60,357 bases of DNA from an uncultured Candidatus Marinamargulisbacteria bacterium (lineage in GTDB: Bacteria > Margulisbacteria > Riflemargulisbacteria > GWF2-35-9): assembly GCA_903910705.1 (NCBI GenBank), contig CAIWAN010000083.1, positions 1 to 60,357 on the forward strand, read 5' to 3'. A model generated the notes under the pieces. It had not been told where the DNA came from, made no database searches, and saw only the letters and a list, made by a program, of their open reading frames with translations. Below are positions 37,185 to 47,168 of the stretch, piece by piece. Both the position numbers and the translations under genes were made by a program. Every line of letters starts with the position of its first letter. Position 1 is the stretch's first letter.

Positions 37185-38728
37185 AAGGTTTCGATCAGTG
37201 AGGGGACATACACGCGTTGTCGTCGCGTGATCTCGGCAAAAGCGAGCGGTAAATAGACGATAATATCGAGAGGCGATAACGAGAGCTGCCCCATCACTTT
37301 CGCGGCAAGATCCCCCGCCAAACCATGTGCATAGCAGCCTAGCTTTACGCCCTCAACAACCCCAAATTGATGGATCAACGAGGCCACCATACCCGATAAA
37401 ACATCACCAGAACCACCCGTCGCCATTCCAGCGTTGCCAGTTGTATTGACCCAAATAGCATTGTCACTAGTGGCGATAACGGTTCTAGCACCTTTGATAA
37501 TTGTACTAGCCAACAGTTTGTCAAATAATGCTTTAACCGCAACGATTGGGTCGAGATTGATATTCTCTGACGATTCGGAAAGCAGTCGACTTGCCTCACC
37601 GGTATGAGGAGTTAGGATGGTAGGAGAAGTACGACAACGAAAAGCTGCATGAAGTTTTTTATTTTCGGCTAATAGTGTTAAGGCCGTCCCGTCAAGAATA
37701 AGCGCAACGTCGACATTGATGAGCGATTTAAGAATCGCTATTGCGGCTTCGGACTTATCTAATCCAGGCCCCATTAAAACTGACGTTACTTTTTTGTCAA
37801 CGATCATAGTGCCGATTAACAAATCATCTACATAGGGCATAACCATGGCTGCCGGAACTTGACTGGCGATGACATCGACACATTTCGGGTCCGTCATCAC
37901 CGTCACCAACCCAGCACCCGTAGCAAGCGCAGCTTTAGCGGCCATAACAGCAGCCCCTGACATCCCTAGACTACCTGCTATGATCAAAACATGGCCGTAA
38001 TTGTATTTATGCGTATCGTGTTGTCGAGTAAGCGCAGGTAAATCAGTCGGGCAAATCGTGTTGACCTTCGATTCGGTGGGGGTTCCCATTAGACCAATAT
38101 CAGCCAGATGGATAGATCCACAGCTTGCAGCCGATGGGAAAAAGAGATGACACGGTTTAAGAGTTCCAAACGTGATCGTATGGTTCGCCTTGATATGAAC
38201 GGCAGGAAGTGATGAACGATCGGGGTCAAGCCCTGACGGGATATCGATGCTGATGACAGGGCAGGGGGGTGACGATAGTTGGGCTATAACATCGGCTCTC
38301 CAACCCATAACCGGAGGAGAAAAGCCTGTTCCGAAGAGGGCGTCGACCAAAATGTCGGTTGAAAGGAGGGCGGGAAGGAACGAATTCGAGGTATGTTCCG
38401 ACAACCACGTCACAACGCCACCAGACAGTTCAAATAGAGCAAGTTGATGCAAACAATCATGACTCAGCGAATGACGATCTTTGGCTAAAATAAAGGTTAG
38501 CACTTTCGTGTGAAGGGTTGTTAACGTTCGAGCCACAACAAGGCCATCGCCACCATTATTGCCACTCCCACAAAGGATGACACAACGAGTAAAGCGGGGA
38601 TAATAATCAAGGATTTGGGAAACAACAGCGCGGCCAGCCGTCTCCATTAGGGTGCTTGAGGTGACTTTATTATTCGCGATCGTTGATCGCTCCCAATTCA
38701 TCATTTCCTGAGCGGTTAAAACTCGCAT
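37181..38728 (-). CDS. nnr: bifunctional NAD(P)H-hydrate epimerase / ADP-dependent dehydratase
   Basis: YjeF-N 'CGSGNNGGDGLVVAR'. C-terminal carbohydrate-kinase-like 'GNAGMATGGSGDVLSG'. ATGA overlap with tadA. Confidence 0.9.
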   Translation of the reverse strand: MRVLTAQEMMNWERSTIANNKVTSSTLMETAGRAVVSQILDYYPRFTRCVILCGSGNNGGDGLVVARTLTTLHTKVLTFILAKDRHSLSHDCLHQLALFELSGGVVTWLSEHTSNSFLPALLSTDILVDALFGTGFSPPVMGWRADVIAQLSSPPCPVISIDIPSGLDPDRSSLPAVHIKANHTITFGTLKPCHLFFPSAASCGSIHLADIGLMGTPTESKVNTICPTDLPALTRQHDTHKYNYGHVLIIAGSLGMSGAAVMAAKAALATGAGLVTVMTDPKCVDVIASQVPAAMVMPYVDDLLIGTMIVDKKVTSVLMGPGLDKSEAAIAILKSLINVDVALILDGTALTLLAENKKLHAAFRCRTSPTILTPHTGEASRLLSESSENINLDPIVAVKALFDKLLASTIIKGARTVIATSDNAIWVNTTGNAGMATGGSGDVLSGMVASLIHQFGVVEGVKLGCYAHGLAGDLAAKVMGQLSLSPLDIIVYLPLAFAEITRRQRVYVPSLIETL

Positions 38729-38795
38729 AGCAGTAAGGAGTATATCACATTGACAGCCCCAAAATCCCTATGATATAGTTTTCGGGCGTGCTCAG

Positions 38796-38871
38796 GGGCG
38801 GTTAGCTCAGTTGGTAGAGCACCTGGTTTACACCCAGGGTGTCAGCGGTTCGAGCCCGTTACCGCCCACCA
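38796..38871 (+). tRNA. tRNA-Val (anticodon UAC)
   Basis: Cloverleaf: GGGCGGT/ACCGCCC acceptor, GCTC-AGTTGGTA-GAGC, anticodon arm CCTGG-TTTACAC-CCAGG, T arm AGCGG-TTCGAGC-CCGTT, encoded CCA. Confidence 0.92.
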
Positions 38872-38896
38872 AGTATCGCCTGTATGGCCAAAAAGT

Positions 38897-38971
38897 GGCT
38901 CCATCGTCTAGTGGTTAGGACGTTAGGTTTTCAACCTATAAACCGGGGTTCAATTCCCCGTGGAGCTGCCA
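38897..38971 (+). tRNA. tRNA-Glu (anticodon UUC)
   Basis: GGCTCCA/TGGAGCT acceptor, 'TCGTCTAGTGGTTAGGAC' Glu-type D arm, anticodon loop TTTTCAA, T arm CGGGG-TTCAATT-CCCCG, encoded CCA. Confidence 0.9.
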
Positions 38972-38976
38972 AACTA
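38953..38976 (+). repeat. copy 1 of a 24-bp direct repeat (tRNA-Glu 3' end plus 5 nt)
   Basis: ATTCCCCGTGGAGCTGCCAAACTA. An identical copy lies at 39037..39060. Confidence 0.9.
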
Positions 38977-39036
38977 TCTCAAAAGAACTAACATCAAATA
39001 CCCCAATCAGCACTTATGAAATGAAGGATTGAAGCC

Positions 39037-39060
39037 ATTCCCCGTGGAGCTGCCAAACTA
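39037..39060 (+). repeat. copy 2 of the 24-bp direct repeat (orphan tRNA-Glu 3' fragment, att-like)
   Basis: Exact 24/24 match to 38953..38976. The upstream flank cannot form the T-arm, so this is a fragment and not a second tRNA. Confidence 0.9.
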
Positions 39061-39068
39061 AACATTCC

Positions 39069-39824
39069 ATGCTAACATACCCCCACATGAAGAGAGAGCT
39101 TTACGATCAATTATATGTTCAAGAAAAAACCCATTGGTGGTTTGTTTCTAGAAGAGCGATCCTTTCAAAAGTTCTTTCAAGTCGTCTATTTATAAACAGA
39201 AAAAAAGCCCCTCTGATTCTTGAAATCGGCTGTGGCACAGGGGGAAACCTAGAACTCCTTTCAAAATTTGGAACGCTCAGCGCCATTGAGTTTGATAAAG
39301 AAGCCCTGCAATTATCCAAAGAAAAAAATGTATGCAACGTAGTCGAAGGGTCACTTCCACATCATATTCCCTTAGATAAGACATATAACGTAATTGCAAT
39401 GTTTGACGTATTGGAACACATAGAGGAGGATCTAGCGTCACTTTTAGCCATTAAGAAGATCCTTCACAAGAACGGCCGCCTTTTACTCACGGTGCCCGCC
39501 TTTATGTTTTTATGGAGCGATCATGATGATTTACATCATCATAAGCGACGTTATACTAAGAAATCCTTAACAAACGTACTAAAACAAGCTGGATATAACA
39601 TAGAATATCTAACATATTTCAATACGTTTCTTTTTCCCGTAGTATCATTAGTTCGGCTTGTTAGTCGACTATTAAAGCGACGTTCAGGAAGTGACATATC
39701 GAACTCAACACCGTCATTCTTGAATGATTTTCTAACCGTTCTTTTCTCTGCTGAACGGCATTTCTTTCCCCGATTCTCATTTCCCTTTGGCGTTTCGCTT
39801 CTAGTTGTAGTCAAGAATATTTAA
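39069..39824 (+). CDS. class I SAM-dependent methyltransferase
   Basis: Motif I 'ILEIGCGTGGN', 'MFDVLEHI' and N-terminal 'THWWF', typical of Methyltransf_23-like proteins. Confidence 0.8.
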   Translation: MLTYPHMKRELYDQLYVQEKTHWWFVSRRAILSKVLSSRLFINRKKAPLILEIGCGTGGNLELLSKFGTLSAIEFDKEALQLSKEKNVCNVVEGSLPHHIPLDKTYNVIAMFDVLEHIEEDLASLLAIKKILHKNGRLLLTVPAFMFLWSDHDDLHHHKRRYTKKSLTNVLKQAGYNIEYLTYFNTFLFPVVSLVRLVSRLLKRRSGSDISNSTPSFLNDFLTVLFSAERHFFPRFSFPFGVSLLVVVKNI

Positions 39825-39845
39825 CGTCGCATAATATATATTATG

Positions 39846-40658
39846 TCAAATTTCGTAATCTGGTTCTTCCATAGTTTTGCCGGGGCTCTTTGTCTTAGGT
39901 TTGCCCACAACCCTCGCGGGGACGCCAGCAACGGTTGTATGAGCTGGAACATCTGATAATACGACGCTCTCAGCAGCGATCTTTGCGCCTTCACCAACAC
40001 GAATATTGCCCAATATCTTGGCACCTGCACCGATTTGAACACCATCACCGATCTTTGGATGTCGGTCTCCCCCGTGTTTCCCTGTGCCCCCCAAGGTCAC
40101 ACCATGTAGCATAGATACGTTATTTCCAATCGAAGCCGTTTCGCCTATGACGATCCCTGTCGCATGGTCAAATAAGATGCCCGAACCAATTTTTGCTGCA
40201 GGATGAATATCTACCGAAAAAACCAAGGAACTCTTGCTCTGCAAGTAAAAGGCTACAGCTTTTTCATGGTTAGCCCATAACCAATGAGCGATCCGATGCG
40301 TTTGTAGCGCATGGAAGCCCTTAAAGAATAGTAAAGGGTTAATCATCTTGCCATCGGCTGCTGGATCGCGATCGACAACAGCCAATAAATCGTTATAGAT
40401 GATCTTATGCGTTTCAGGGCTATTTATCAGGACATCCTTAAAAAGCTGCTGAAGGGTTTGTCGTGGCGCTTCATCAGAATGCAATTTGGCGGCCAATAAA
40501 CTAGCAATAGCATCGGGCAACGATGCATGGGTTAGTATTGTTGTTTTGTAGATGCTATCAATAAGACAATGGGACACTTGACTATCTTTGCTATTTGCGA
40601 TGATCTGAGTCGCATCATTTTGAATAATTCGCCAATAATTTTCGGTCATTGTTTTCAT
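39846..40658 (-). CDS. cysE: serine O-acetyltransferase
   Basis: SATase N-terminal helical domain plus hexapeptide repeats: 'HPAAKIGSGILFDHATGIVIGETASIGNNVSMLHGVTLGGTG...GDRHPKIGDGV'. Confidence 0.9.
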   Translation of the reverse strand: MKTMTENYWRIIQNDATQIIANSKDSQVSHCLIDSIYKTTILTHASLPDAIASLLAAKLHSDEAPRQTLQQLFKDVLINSPETHKIIYNDLLAVVDRDPAADGKMINPLLFFKGFHALQTHRIAHWLWANHEKAVAFYLQSKSSLVFSVDIHPAAKIGSGILFDHATGIVIGETASIGNNVSMLHGVTLGGTGKHGGDRHPKIGDGVQIGAGAKILGNIRVGEGAKIAAESVVLSDVPAHTTVAGVPARVVGKPKTKSPGKTMEEPDYEI

Positions 40659-40662
40659 TATT

Positions 40663-42345
40663 TTACCTCGTTAGATGACGATATTTGATCCGTGTGGGCT
40701 GCAAGCTATCTTCACCCAGACGTTTTTTGCGATCGTCTTCATAATCACTAAAATTACCTTCGAAAAACCGAATTTGACTGTCACCTTCAAACGCTAGAAT
40801 ATGGGTGGCTATTCGATCAAGGAACCATCGATCATGGCTGATGACCACCGCACAACCGGCAAAATTATCTAACGCATCTTCAAGGGCCCGAATGGTGTTG
40901 ATGTCGAGATCATTCGTGGGTTCATCCAAAAGGAGTAGATTACCGCCCTCTTTCAGCATTCTTGCTAAATGCACCCTATTGCGCTCACCACCGGATATCA
41001 TGCTGACCTTTTTTTGTTGATCGCTACCCGAAAAGTTGAACTTCGATACATAAGCCCGTGAATTGATCTCTCGTTTGCCAAGCGGAATAACATCAAGCCC
41101 TTCGGAGATGACCTCCCAGATACTTTTGTTCGGATCCAAAGTTGAGCGGCTTTGATCGACATAAGCCAACTTAACGGTGTCGCCTATCTTAATCGACCCC
41201 GAATCAGCTTTTTCTTGACCCGCGATTAATTTAAAAAGCGTCGTTTTCCCCGCCCCATTCGCACCAATAACCCCAACGAGACCGCCCGCAGGCAGACTAA
41301 AACTCAATTTATCGAGCAAAACATTGTCGCCAAAACTCTTTGTAACATCATTAAACTCAACAACAAGATTCCCTAAACGAGGCCCTGGCGGGATATAGAT
41401 CTCTAGTTCATCATTTCGTTTTTCGGATTCTTGTTCGAGCAGTTTTTCATAGGAATTGATATGGGCTTTAGCCTTTGCCTGTCTGGCTTTAGGAGCCATC
41501 TTTATCCATTCAAGCTCACGCTTTAATGTTTTCTGACGATCACTTTCATGTTTTTCCTCCACGCGCAGACGGTTTTGCTTTTGCTCGAGCCAACTCGAGT
41601 AATTGCCCTTCCACGGTATCCCCTCTCCACGATCAAGTTCGAGTATCCACCCTGCTACATTATCAAGAAAATATCGATCATGTGTAACGGCGATGATCGT
41701 GCCCTCATAACGACGAAGGTGTTCCTCAAGCCATGCAACCGATTCGGCATCAAGGTGATTCGTCGGTTCATCGAGCAAAAGAATATCAGGTTTTTTGAGC
41801 AATAATCGGCACAAAGCGACCCGACGTCGTTCGCCTCCCGAGATAATATTAACGGGGGTATCACTGGGAGGACATCGAAGAGCATCCATCGCCATTTCTA
41901 GCCGGCTATCAAGGTCCCATCCATCGAGATGATCGAGCTTTTCTTGAACAACCCCCTGACGGGCAAGCAGTTTATCCATTTCGTCATCCGTCATGGGTTC
42001 TCCGAATTTTTCATTGATCGCATTGTATTCCTTCATGAGATCAACCAGTTCTTGCATCCCCTCTTCCACCACTTCTTTGACGGTTTTCGTGTCATCAAGT
42101 TTAGGTTCTTGTTCCAAATAGCCAATGGTGTAGCCAGGTGAAAGGGTGGTGTGTCCGTCAAAGTTTTGATCGACGCCCGAAAGGATTCGAAGCAGCGAGC
42201 TTTTCCCCGATCCGTTCAAACCCAAAACGCCAATCTTAGCTCCATAAAAATAGGACAAATTGATGTCTTTAAGAACTGGCTTCTTGTCATAGAATTTACT
42301 CACTCGTATCATCGAGTAGATCACTTTATTGATTTCATCAGCCAT
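40663..42345 (-). CDS. ettA: energy-dependent translational throttle protein EttA (ABC-F)
   Basis: 560 aa with two ABC cassettes ('GLNGSGKSS', 'GANGAGKTT'; 'ISGGERRRV', 'ISGGERNRV'). N-terminal '[13 protein letters not shown]' and C-terminal '[17 protein letters not shown]' are typical of EttA. Confidence 0.92.
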   Translation of the reverse strand: MADEINKVIYSMIRVSKFYDKKPVLKDINLSYFYGAKIGVLGLNGSGKSSLLRILSGVDQNFDGHTTLSPGYTIGYLEQEPKLDDTKTVKEVVEEGMQELVDLMKEYNAINEKFGEPMTDDEMDKLLARQGVVQEKLDHLDGWDLDSRLEMAMDALRCPPSDTPVNIISGGERRRVALCRLLLKKPDILLLDEPTNHLDAESVAWLEEHLRRYEGTIIAVTHDRYFLDNVAGWILELDRGEGIPWKGNYSSWLEQKQNRLRVEEKHESDRQKTLKRELEWIKMAPKARQAKAKAHINSYEKLLEQESEKRNDELEIYIPPGPRLGNLVVEFNDVTKSFGDNVLLDKLSFSLPAGGLVGVIGANGAGKTTLFKLIAGQEKADSGSIKIGDTVKLAYVDQSRSTLDPNKSIWEVISEGLDVIPLGKREINSRAYVSKFNFSGSDQQKKVSMISGGERNRVHLARMLKEGGNLLLLDEPTNDLDINTIRALEDALDNFAGCAVVISHDRWFLDRIATHILAFEGDSQIRFFEGNFSDYEDDRKKRLGEDSLQPTRIKYRHLTR

Positions 42346-42479
42346 GAGAGCCTCCTAGGGAATATTATGATTAATAAATTCATTATAGCTTGAAGGGGCG
42401 GTTCAAGAAAGTAAGCGAAACTTGCATCAGAATCTGCGTCAACAATTCATTCACTCAACATTGACGCGTAATATATGAA

Positions 42480-42743
42480 TTGACAACAGAAAAGCACTCC
42501 ATTAAAATGACGATTATCATGAATGAGAACATCGAACAGCTTATTGATAAGTCTATTGAGAAAGCCATCGGGATTTATACCGAACGTCTCGAACCGTATC
42601 TTAAAGAAATTATTACCATTCAAGCCGTGCATTCATCGGACTTAAAAACATTAAAAAGTGATGTTATCCAAATTAAAAATGACCTCTCAATTAGCATGCT
42701 AGCTATTAAACATCTTTCGAAAGAACGTACCCGCGTTATTTAA
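42480..42743 (+). CDS. small hypothetical coiled-coil protein (start uncertain)
   Basis: 87-aa ORF in an otherwise non-coding 430-bp gap. It has a TTG start with ATG alternatives downstream. No motif recognised. Confidence 0.3.
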   Translation: MTTEKHSIKMTIIMNENIEQLIDKSIEKAIGIYTERLEPYLKEIITIQAVHSSDLKTLKSDVIQIKNDLSISMLAIKHLSKERTRVI

Positions 42744-42809
42744 CCAACTACCCCAACTCGCTAGTTTTCCGTATAATTGCCAGTATATATGCTTTTAGGA
42801 GGCCGCTTT

Positions 42810-44006
42810 ATGTTAAAGAAGATTAGTCTTTTCGTGTTTATCGTTTTGATGGTCATGACATTGGTTTCTTGTAAAAAACAAGATGCAACGCTAAACATCG
42901 GCTTTTCGGGGCCGATGACGGGAGATTCGGCAAATTACGGAAAGCTCATGTCTCAAGCGGTTCAATTGGCTATTGATGAACGCAATGAATTGGGGGGTAT
43001 CGGAGGACAAATCAAGTTACGAATGATCGCCGAAGATGATGAAGGCAAGGTGGATAAAGCCAATTTGGTTATTGAAAAGCTGGCTAATGTTGACCATATC
43101 GTGGGCTTGGTTGGTGCCGTTTTTAGCAGTTGCTCTTTGGCCATTGCCCCAAAATGCGAACAAGCTCAAATAGTCATGATCAGTCCGTCCTCAACCCACA
43201 AACTACTCACTTCTCTGGGCAAATACATCTTTAGAAATGTGCTGAGCGATGAATCTCAAGCCAAAGTCTTTGCTAAATATGTGAAAGACAAACTGGGGTA
43301 TTCAAAGGTCGCGATATTAAATCTTAAAAACGATTACAGCCAAGGCCTTGCCGATGATTTTAAAACCCAATTCGAATCTGATGGCGGAAAAATCATAGGG
43401 ATGGAATCGGGATTACAAGGGGATAAGGACTTCAAGACACAGCTCACTAAACTCTGGGCCAAGCAACCTGATGCGATATTTATCCCCGGCTATGTCAATG
43501 AAATGGCCCAAATCCTTCAACAAGCCAAAGATATGGGCATCAAAACTCATTGGTTAGCGGCGGACGGTTTCTCTAATCCTGAGATATTTGATCTGGCTGG
43601 AGACTTGGCGAATGGCGTTATTTTCAGTAATTCACCGGACGAGTCAAGTCTTGGGAACGCGAAGAAAAAAGACTTTGAAACGAAGTACCTAAGTCGTTTC
43701 AAACAAAAACCGGATTCCTTCAGTCTAAACAGCTATGATGCAGCAAATATTTTGATGGATGCGATGCAGTTTGTTTACAATGAAGCGTCACCCGAAGACC
43801 AAAAATCGGCGAATTTAAACCCCGCCAAAATTCGTAACTATGTCGCAGACTTGCAGGATTATCCGGGGGTGTCGGGCAAAATAACGTTCCTTCCCAATCG
43901 CGATGTCCAAAAAAATGTAGGCATATTCATGGCCGACCATAAAGAGTTTGTTCAACAGGGCATTTACTTAATAAAAGACGGTCAACTCCTCGAAGTAGTC
44001 GAGTAA
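42810..44006 (+). CDS. branched-chain amino-acid ABC transporter substrate-binding lipoprotein (LivJ/K family)
   Basis: Lipobox 'LVSC'. Type I periplasmic-binding fold motifs ('IGFSGPMTGDSANYG', 'VGLVGAVFSS'). AGGAGG RBS 8 nt upstream of the ATG at 42810. Confidence 0.85.
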   Translation: MLKKISLFVFIVLMVMTLVSCKKQDATLNIGFSGPMTGDSANYGKLMSQAVQLAIDERNELGGIGGQIKLRMIAEDDEGKVDKANLVIEKLANVDHIVGLVGAVFSSCSLAIAPKCEQAQIVMISPSSTHKLLTSLGKYIFRNVLSDESQAKVFAKYVKDKLGYSKVAILNLKNDYSQGLADDFKTQFESDGGKIIGMESGLQGDKDFKTQLTKLWAKQPDAIFIPGYVNEMAQILQQAKDMGIKTHWLAADGFSNPEIFDLAGDLANGVIFSNSPDESSLGNAKKKDFETKYLSRFKQKPDSFSLNSYDAANILMDAMQFVYNEASPEDQKSANLNPAKIRNYVADLQDYPGVSGKITFLPNRDVQKNVGIFMADHKEFVQQGIYLIKDGQLLEVVE

Positions 44007-44012
44007 ACCACC

Positions 44013-44903
44013 TTGCTACAACATCTCCTTAATGGGTTAACCGTCGGGAGTATCTACGCGCTCGTCGCTCTGGGCTATACCCTTGTCTATGGGATTTTGA
44101 AATTTATCAATTTTGCTCATGGCGATGTCTTGATGATCGGAACCTATGTCGCGCTCATGGTTTTCAAGGGGCTAAAATCTTTTATCGAAATCCCGTTTGC
44201 CTTTGGGATAGCGGTACTGGCGGGCATGTTGTCGAGTGCGTTGCTTGGTGTCGTGATTGAGCGACTTGCCTATCGACCGCTTCGTCATGCACCACGACTT
44301 GCGCCCCTGATCAGCGCCATCGGCGTGTCGGTTATTCTCTCCAACTCGGCTGCGCTTATTTTTGGAACAAAATCGCAACGATTTGATATGCCCTTTAACA
44401 ACACACCCATTCATTGCGGAAGCCTTGTCGTTACACCCTACCAAGGTCTTATCTTAATCACGGCTTTTGTCATGATGGCTTTACTTCATGTCTTTATCAA
44501 AACCACTCGAACCGGAAAAGCTATGCGCGCCTCTAGTGAAAATCCACTTGTAGCCGAGTTGATGGGGGTTGATACGGATCGAATGATTCGGTTTACGTTT
44601 ATTTGGGGGTCGGCACTGGGTGCAATTGCAGGGATTTTGGTTTCCCTCGACTACAAAGTCTACCCAACCCTTGGAAGCCTCATTGGATTGAAAGCCTTCA
44701 TCGCTGCGGTCGTTGGGGGGATCGGGAATATTTCAGGCGCTATGCTCGGGGGCCTTCTACTGGGAGTATTGGAAACGTATGGGGTTGCCGTATTGGGTAT
44801 TCCGGTTGGCTATAAAGATACGGTTGCGTTCGTTCTTCTTATTATTATTTTGCTGGTTCGCCCCTCTGGGCTACTCGGTTCTAATAAGCGAGACAAAGTT
44901 TGA
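44013..44903 (+). CDS. livH: branched-chain amino-acid ABC transporter permease LivH
   Basis: 'LLNGLTVGSIYALVALGYTLVYG', 'FAHGD', and 'LLIIILLVRPSGLLG' at the C-terminus. TTG start. Confidence 0.9.
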   Translation: MLQHLLNGLTVGSIYALVALGYTLVYGILKFINFAHGDVLMIGTYVALMVFKGLKSFIEIPFAFGIAVLAGMLSSALLGVVIERLAYRPLRHAPRLAPLISAIGVSVILSNSAALIFGTKSQRFDMPFNNTPIHCGSLVVTPYQGLILITAFVMMALLHVFIKTTRTGKAMRASSENPLVAELMGVDTDRMIRFTFIWGSALGAIAGILVSLDYKVYPTLGSLIGLKAFIAAVVGGIGNISGAMLGGLLLGVLETYGVAVLGIPVGYKDTVAFVLLIIILLVRPSGLLGSNKRDKV

Positions 44904-45733
44904 GCTCGTTTATCTTACTCTTAGGTATCTATTTTGGCATATACGCCCTACTAGCGCTAGGTCAAAATCTCATTACGGGGAAAACCGGTCTTCTGTCCCT
45001 TTGTCAGGCCGCGTTTATGGCGATCGGAGCCTATACGACCGCGATCTTATTATCGAGACATCCGCATTTGTCGTTCGTCTATGTAGGGGTGTGGGTTATC
45101 CTTTCAGGGGCGATTTTTGGTTTATTAATTGGAATCCCTACCTTACGATTAAAGGGCGATTATCTGGCCATCGCCTCGTTGGGTTTTGGCGAGATTGTCA
45201 AGAATGTATTACTCAATGCTGACACCTTAACCGGTGGGCCTATGGGCATTTCTTTGCCAATTAAGTCTTTTGATAAAGGCCTTTTTCTGGGCATGGTTTG
45301 GTTGGTGGTCTGTCTGGTATTGCTTGGACTTATTCAATTGCAACGATCTCATTGGGGGCGTGGGCTTGAAGCAATTCGAGAGGATGAGTTAGCCGCACAG
45401 AGCGTGGGATTAAATACCCCCTTGTACAAAGGGGCGGCCTTTATGATCGGGGCGGCGATCTCAGCCATGGCCGGCATGTTATGGGCACTCTATCATGGCT
45501 CGGCCATCCCTCAGACTTTCGATTCGACCTTGTCGATCATGGTGCTTTGTATGGTTGTATTAGGGGGGCTCGGGAATTATTATGGCTCGTTATTTGGCAC
45601 AATGGTCATTGTTGTTATTTCTGAATTGCCTCGACTCCTCGGATTTTCTGCCATCATTCCGGCAGCCGTTAATCAAATATTGTTCGGGATAATTTTAGTC
45701 TCTCTGGTCATTTTAAGGCAGAAGAAATCATGA
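44900..45733 (+). CDS. livM: branched-chain amino-acid ABC transporter permease LivM
   Basis: 'GQNLITGKTGLLSLCQAAFMAIGAY', 'LRLKGDYLAIASLGFGEI'. Overlaps livH by 4 nt. Confidence 0.85.
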   Translation: MSSFILLLGIYFGIYALLALGQNLITGKTGLLSLCQAAFMAIGAYTTAILLSRHPHLSFVYVGVWVILSGAIFGLLIGIPTLRLKGDYLAIASLGFGEIVKNVLLNADTLTGGPMGISLPIKSFDKGLFLGMVWLVVCLVLLGLIQLQRSHWGRGLEAIREDELAAQSVGLNTPLYKGAAFMIGAAISAMAGMLWALYHGSAIPQTFDSTLSIMVLCMVVLGGLGNYYGSLFGTMVIVVISELPRLLGFSAIIPAAVNQILFGIILVSLVILRQKKS

Positions 45734-46455
45734 CCCTCCTATCTACGCATCGGTTACATAAAGATTTTGGTGGGATCGTCGCCGTCAATGATCTTGATTT
45801 AAACATTGAAAAAGGCTTTATAACTGGGATAATCGGTCCCAATGGTGCAGGTAAAACAACCAGTTTTAATTGTATGACCGGATTAGATGTCCCCACCTCG
45901 GGACAGGTCATCTTTAACGATATTGATATTACAGGCCTCCCTACCTATCGTATTAACCGACTCGGGATCGCCCGAACCTTTCAGAACCTTCGGTTATTCA
46001 AAGAGATGACGGTCTTTGAAAATGTCAGGGTTGCAAAGCATCGGACATCGTCAGCGGGAAACCTGCAAAAGGACTCAGGTCTATGGCTTGAAAAGCTTGG
46101 GCTCTGGACATACCGAGATGAACGCGCCAAGGATCTGCCCTATGGGCTTCAAAAACGCCTAGAAATAGCCCGTGCTATGGCCACGAATCCTAAGCTCCTC
46201 TTCCTTGACGAGCCCGCTGCAGGATTGAATCAGACCGAAACGCAAGAAATCATGGAGCTGATTCGGAGCTTTCGTGATAGCGGACTAACCGTGGTGGTTA
46301 TTGAACATGATATGCATCTCATTATGAACCTTTGCCAACACATCACAGTGCTAAATTTTGGTCAAAAAATTGCCGAGGGATCGCCTGAGTCGGTGCGAAA
46401 TGATCCACAGGTCATCGAGGCCTATCTCGGAAAGGAAGACCATGCTGCTCGTTAA
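45730..46455 (+). CDS. livG: branched-chain amino-acid ABC transporter ATP-binding protein LivG
   Basis: Walker A 'GPNGAGKTT', 'GIARTFQN', Walker B 'LFLDEPAAGL', C-terminal 'VIEAYLG'. Confidence 0.9.
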   Translation: MTLLSTHRLHKDFGGIVAVNDLDLNIEKGFITGIIGPNGAGKTTSFNCMTGLDVPTSGQVIFNDIDITGLPTYRINRLGIARTFQNLRLFKEMTVFENVRVAKHRTSSAGNLQKDSGLWLEKLGLWTYRDERAKDLPYGLQKRLEIARAMATNPKLLFLDEPAAGLNQTETQEIMELIRSFRDSGLTVVVIEHDMHLIMNLCQHITVLNFGQKIAEGSPESVRNDPQVIEAYLGKEDHAAR

Positions 46456-47164
46456 ACATATCACGGTTCACTACGGACAACGTCAAGTCTTGACCGATGT
46501 GACGTTGCTCGTCAAACCCAAAGAGATCGTTTCCTTGATCGGTGCCAATGGCGCGGGAAAGACCACGCTTCTCCGAGCCATAACAGGTCTTACGCCCCTC
46601 TCAGCCGGTGATGTCCTTTTTGATGATGTGCCTATTCGTTCCGTCACGTTCGAACAAGTGCCAACCTGTCGCATGATCGAAAAAGGGATCGGATTGGTCC
46701 CCGAAGGGCGAGGCCTGTTTTCGGATATGACCGTTCTAGAGAACCTTGAGATGGGGGCCTATAGTGTTCGGGACAAGCAGGCTATTCATTTACAGAAAAA
46801 GAAAATGTTCGATCGGTTCCCTATTCTTTTTGAACGGCGCGAACAAAAAGCGGGGGCAATGTCCGGTGGTGAGCAGCAGATGTTAGCCATTGCCAGAACC
46901 CTAATGGCCCGTCCAAAACTGCTCCTGCTCGATGAGCCGGGGCTTGGACTATCCCCCCTTATGGTCAAACAAGTCATGGATATTATCCTAGACATTAATA
47001 AAGAGGATGGGGTCATGGTCTTGCTTGTTGAACAAAATGCCCGTCTTGCGCTACGCCACAGTCATCGGGGTTATGTCCTTGAGAACGGCAAGGTTGTTCT
47101 TTCCGACGAGAGCACGCTCCTATTAAAAAATCCTAACATTCAAAAGGCGTATTTAGGCGGGTAA
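46442..47164 (+). CDS. livF: branched-chain amino-acid ABC transporter ATP-binding protein LivF
   Basis: Walker A 'GANGAGKTT', signature 'MSGGEQQMLAI', Walker B 'LLLDEPGLGL', C-terminal 'KAYLGG'. Start trimmed to 'MLLVKHITV'. Confidence 0.9.
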   Translation: MLLVKHITVHYGQRQVLTDVTLLVKPKEIVSLIGANGAGKTTLLRAITGLTPLSAGDVLFDDVPIRSVTFEQVPTCRMIEKGIGLVPEGRGLFSDMTVLENLEMGAYSVRDKQAIHLQKKKMFDRFPILFERREQKAGAMSGGEQQMLAIARTLMARPKLLLLDEPGLGLSPLMVKQVMDIILDINKEDGVMVLLVEQNARLALRHSHRGYVLENGKVVLSDESTLLLKNPNIQKAYLGG

Positions 47165-47168
47165 CGGT

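Noticed and set aside
39830-39845. Perfect 16-bp palindrome CATAATATATATTATG filling the gap between the convergent methyltransferase and cysE genes.
   Set aside because: The stem consists entirely of A:T pairs apart from the closing C:G. It would be very weak as an intrinsic terminator, and no U-tract is present. Noted but not called as a feature.
44713-45222. 169-aa ORF spanning the livH/livM junction in another frame.
   Set aside because: Both liv permease frames have strong family motifs. This is an off-frame artefact.
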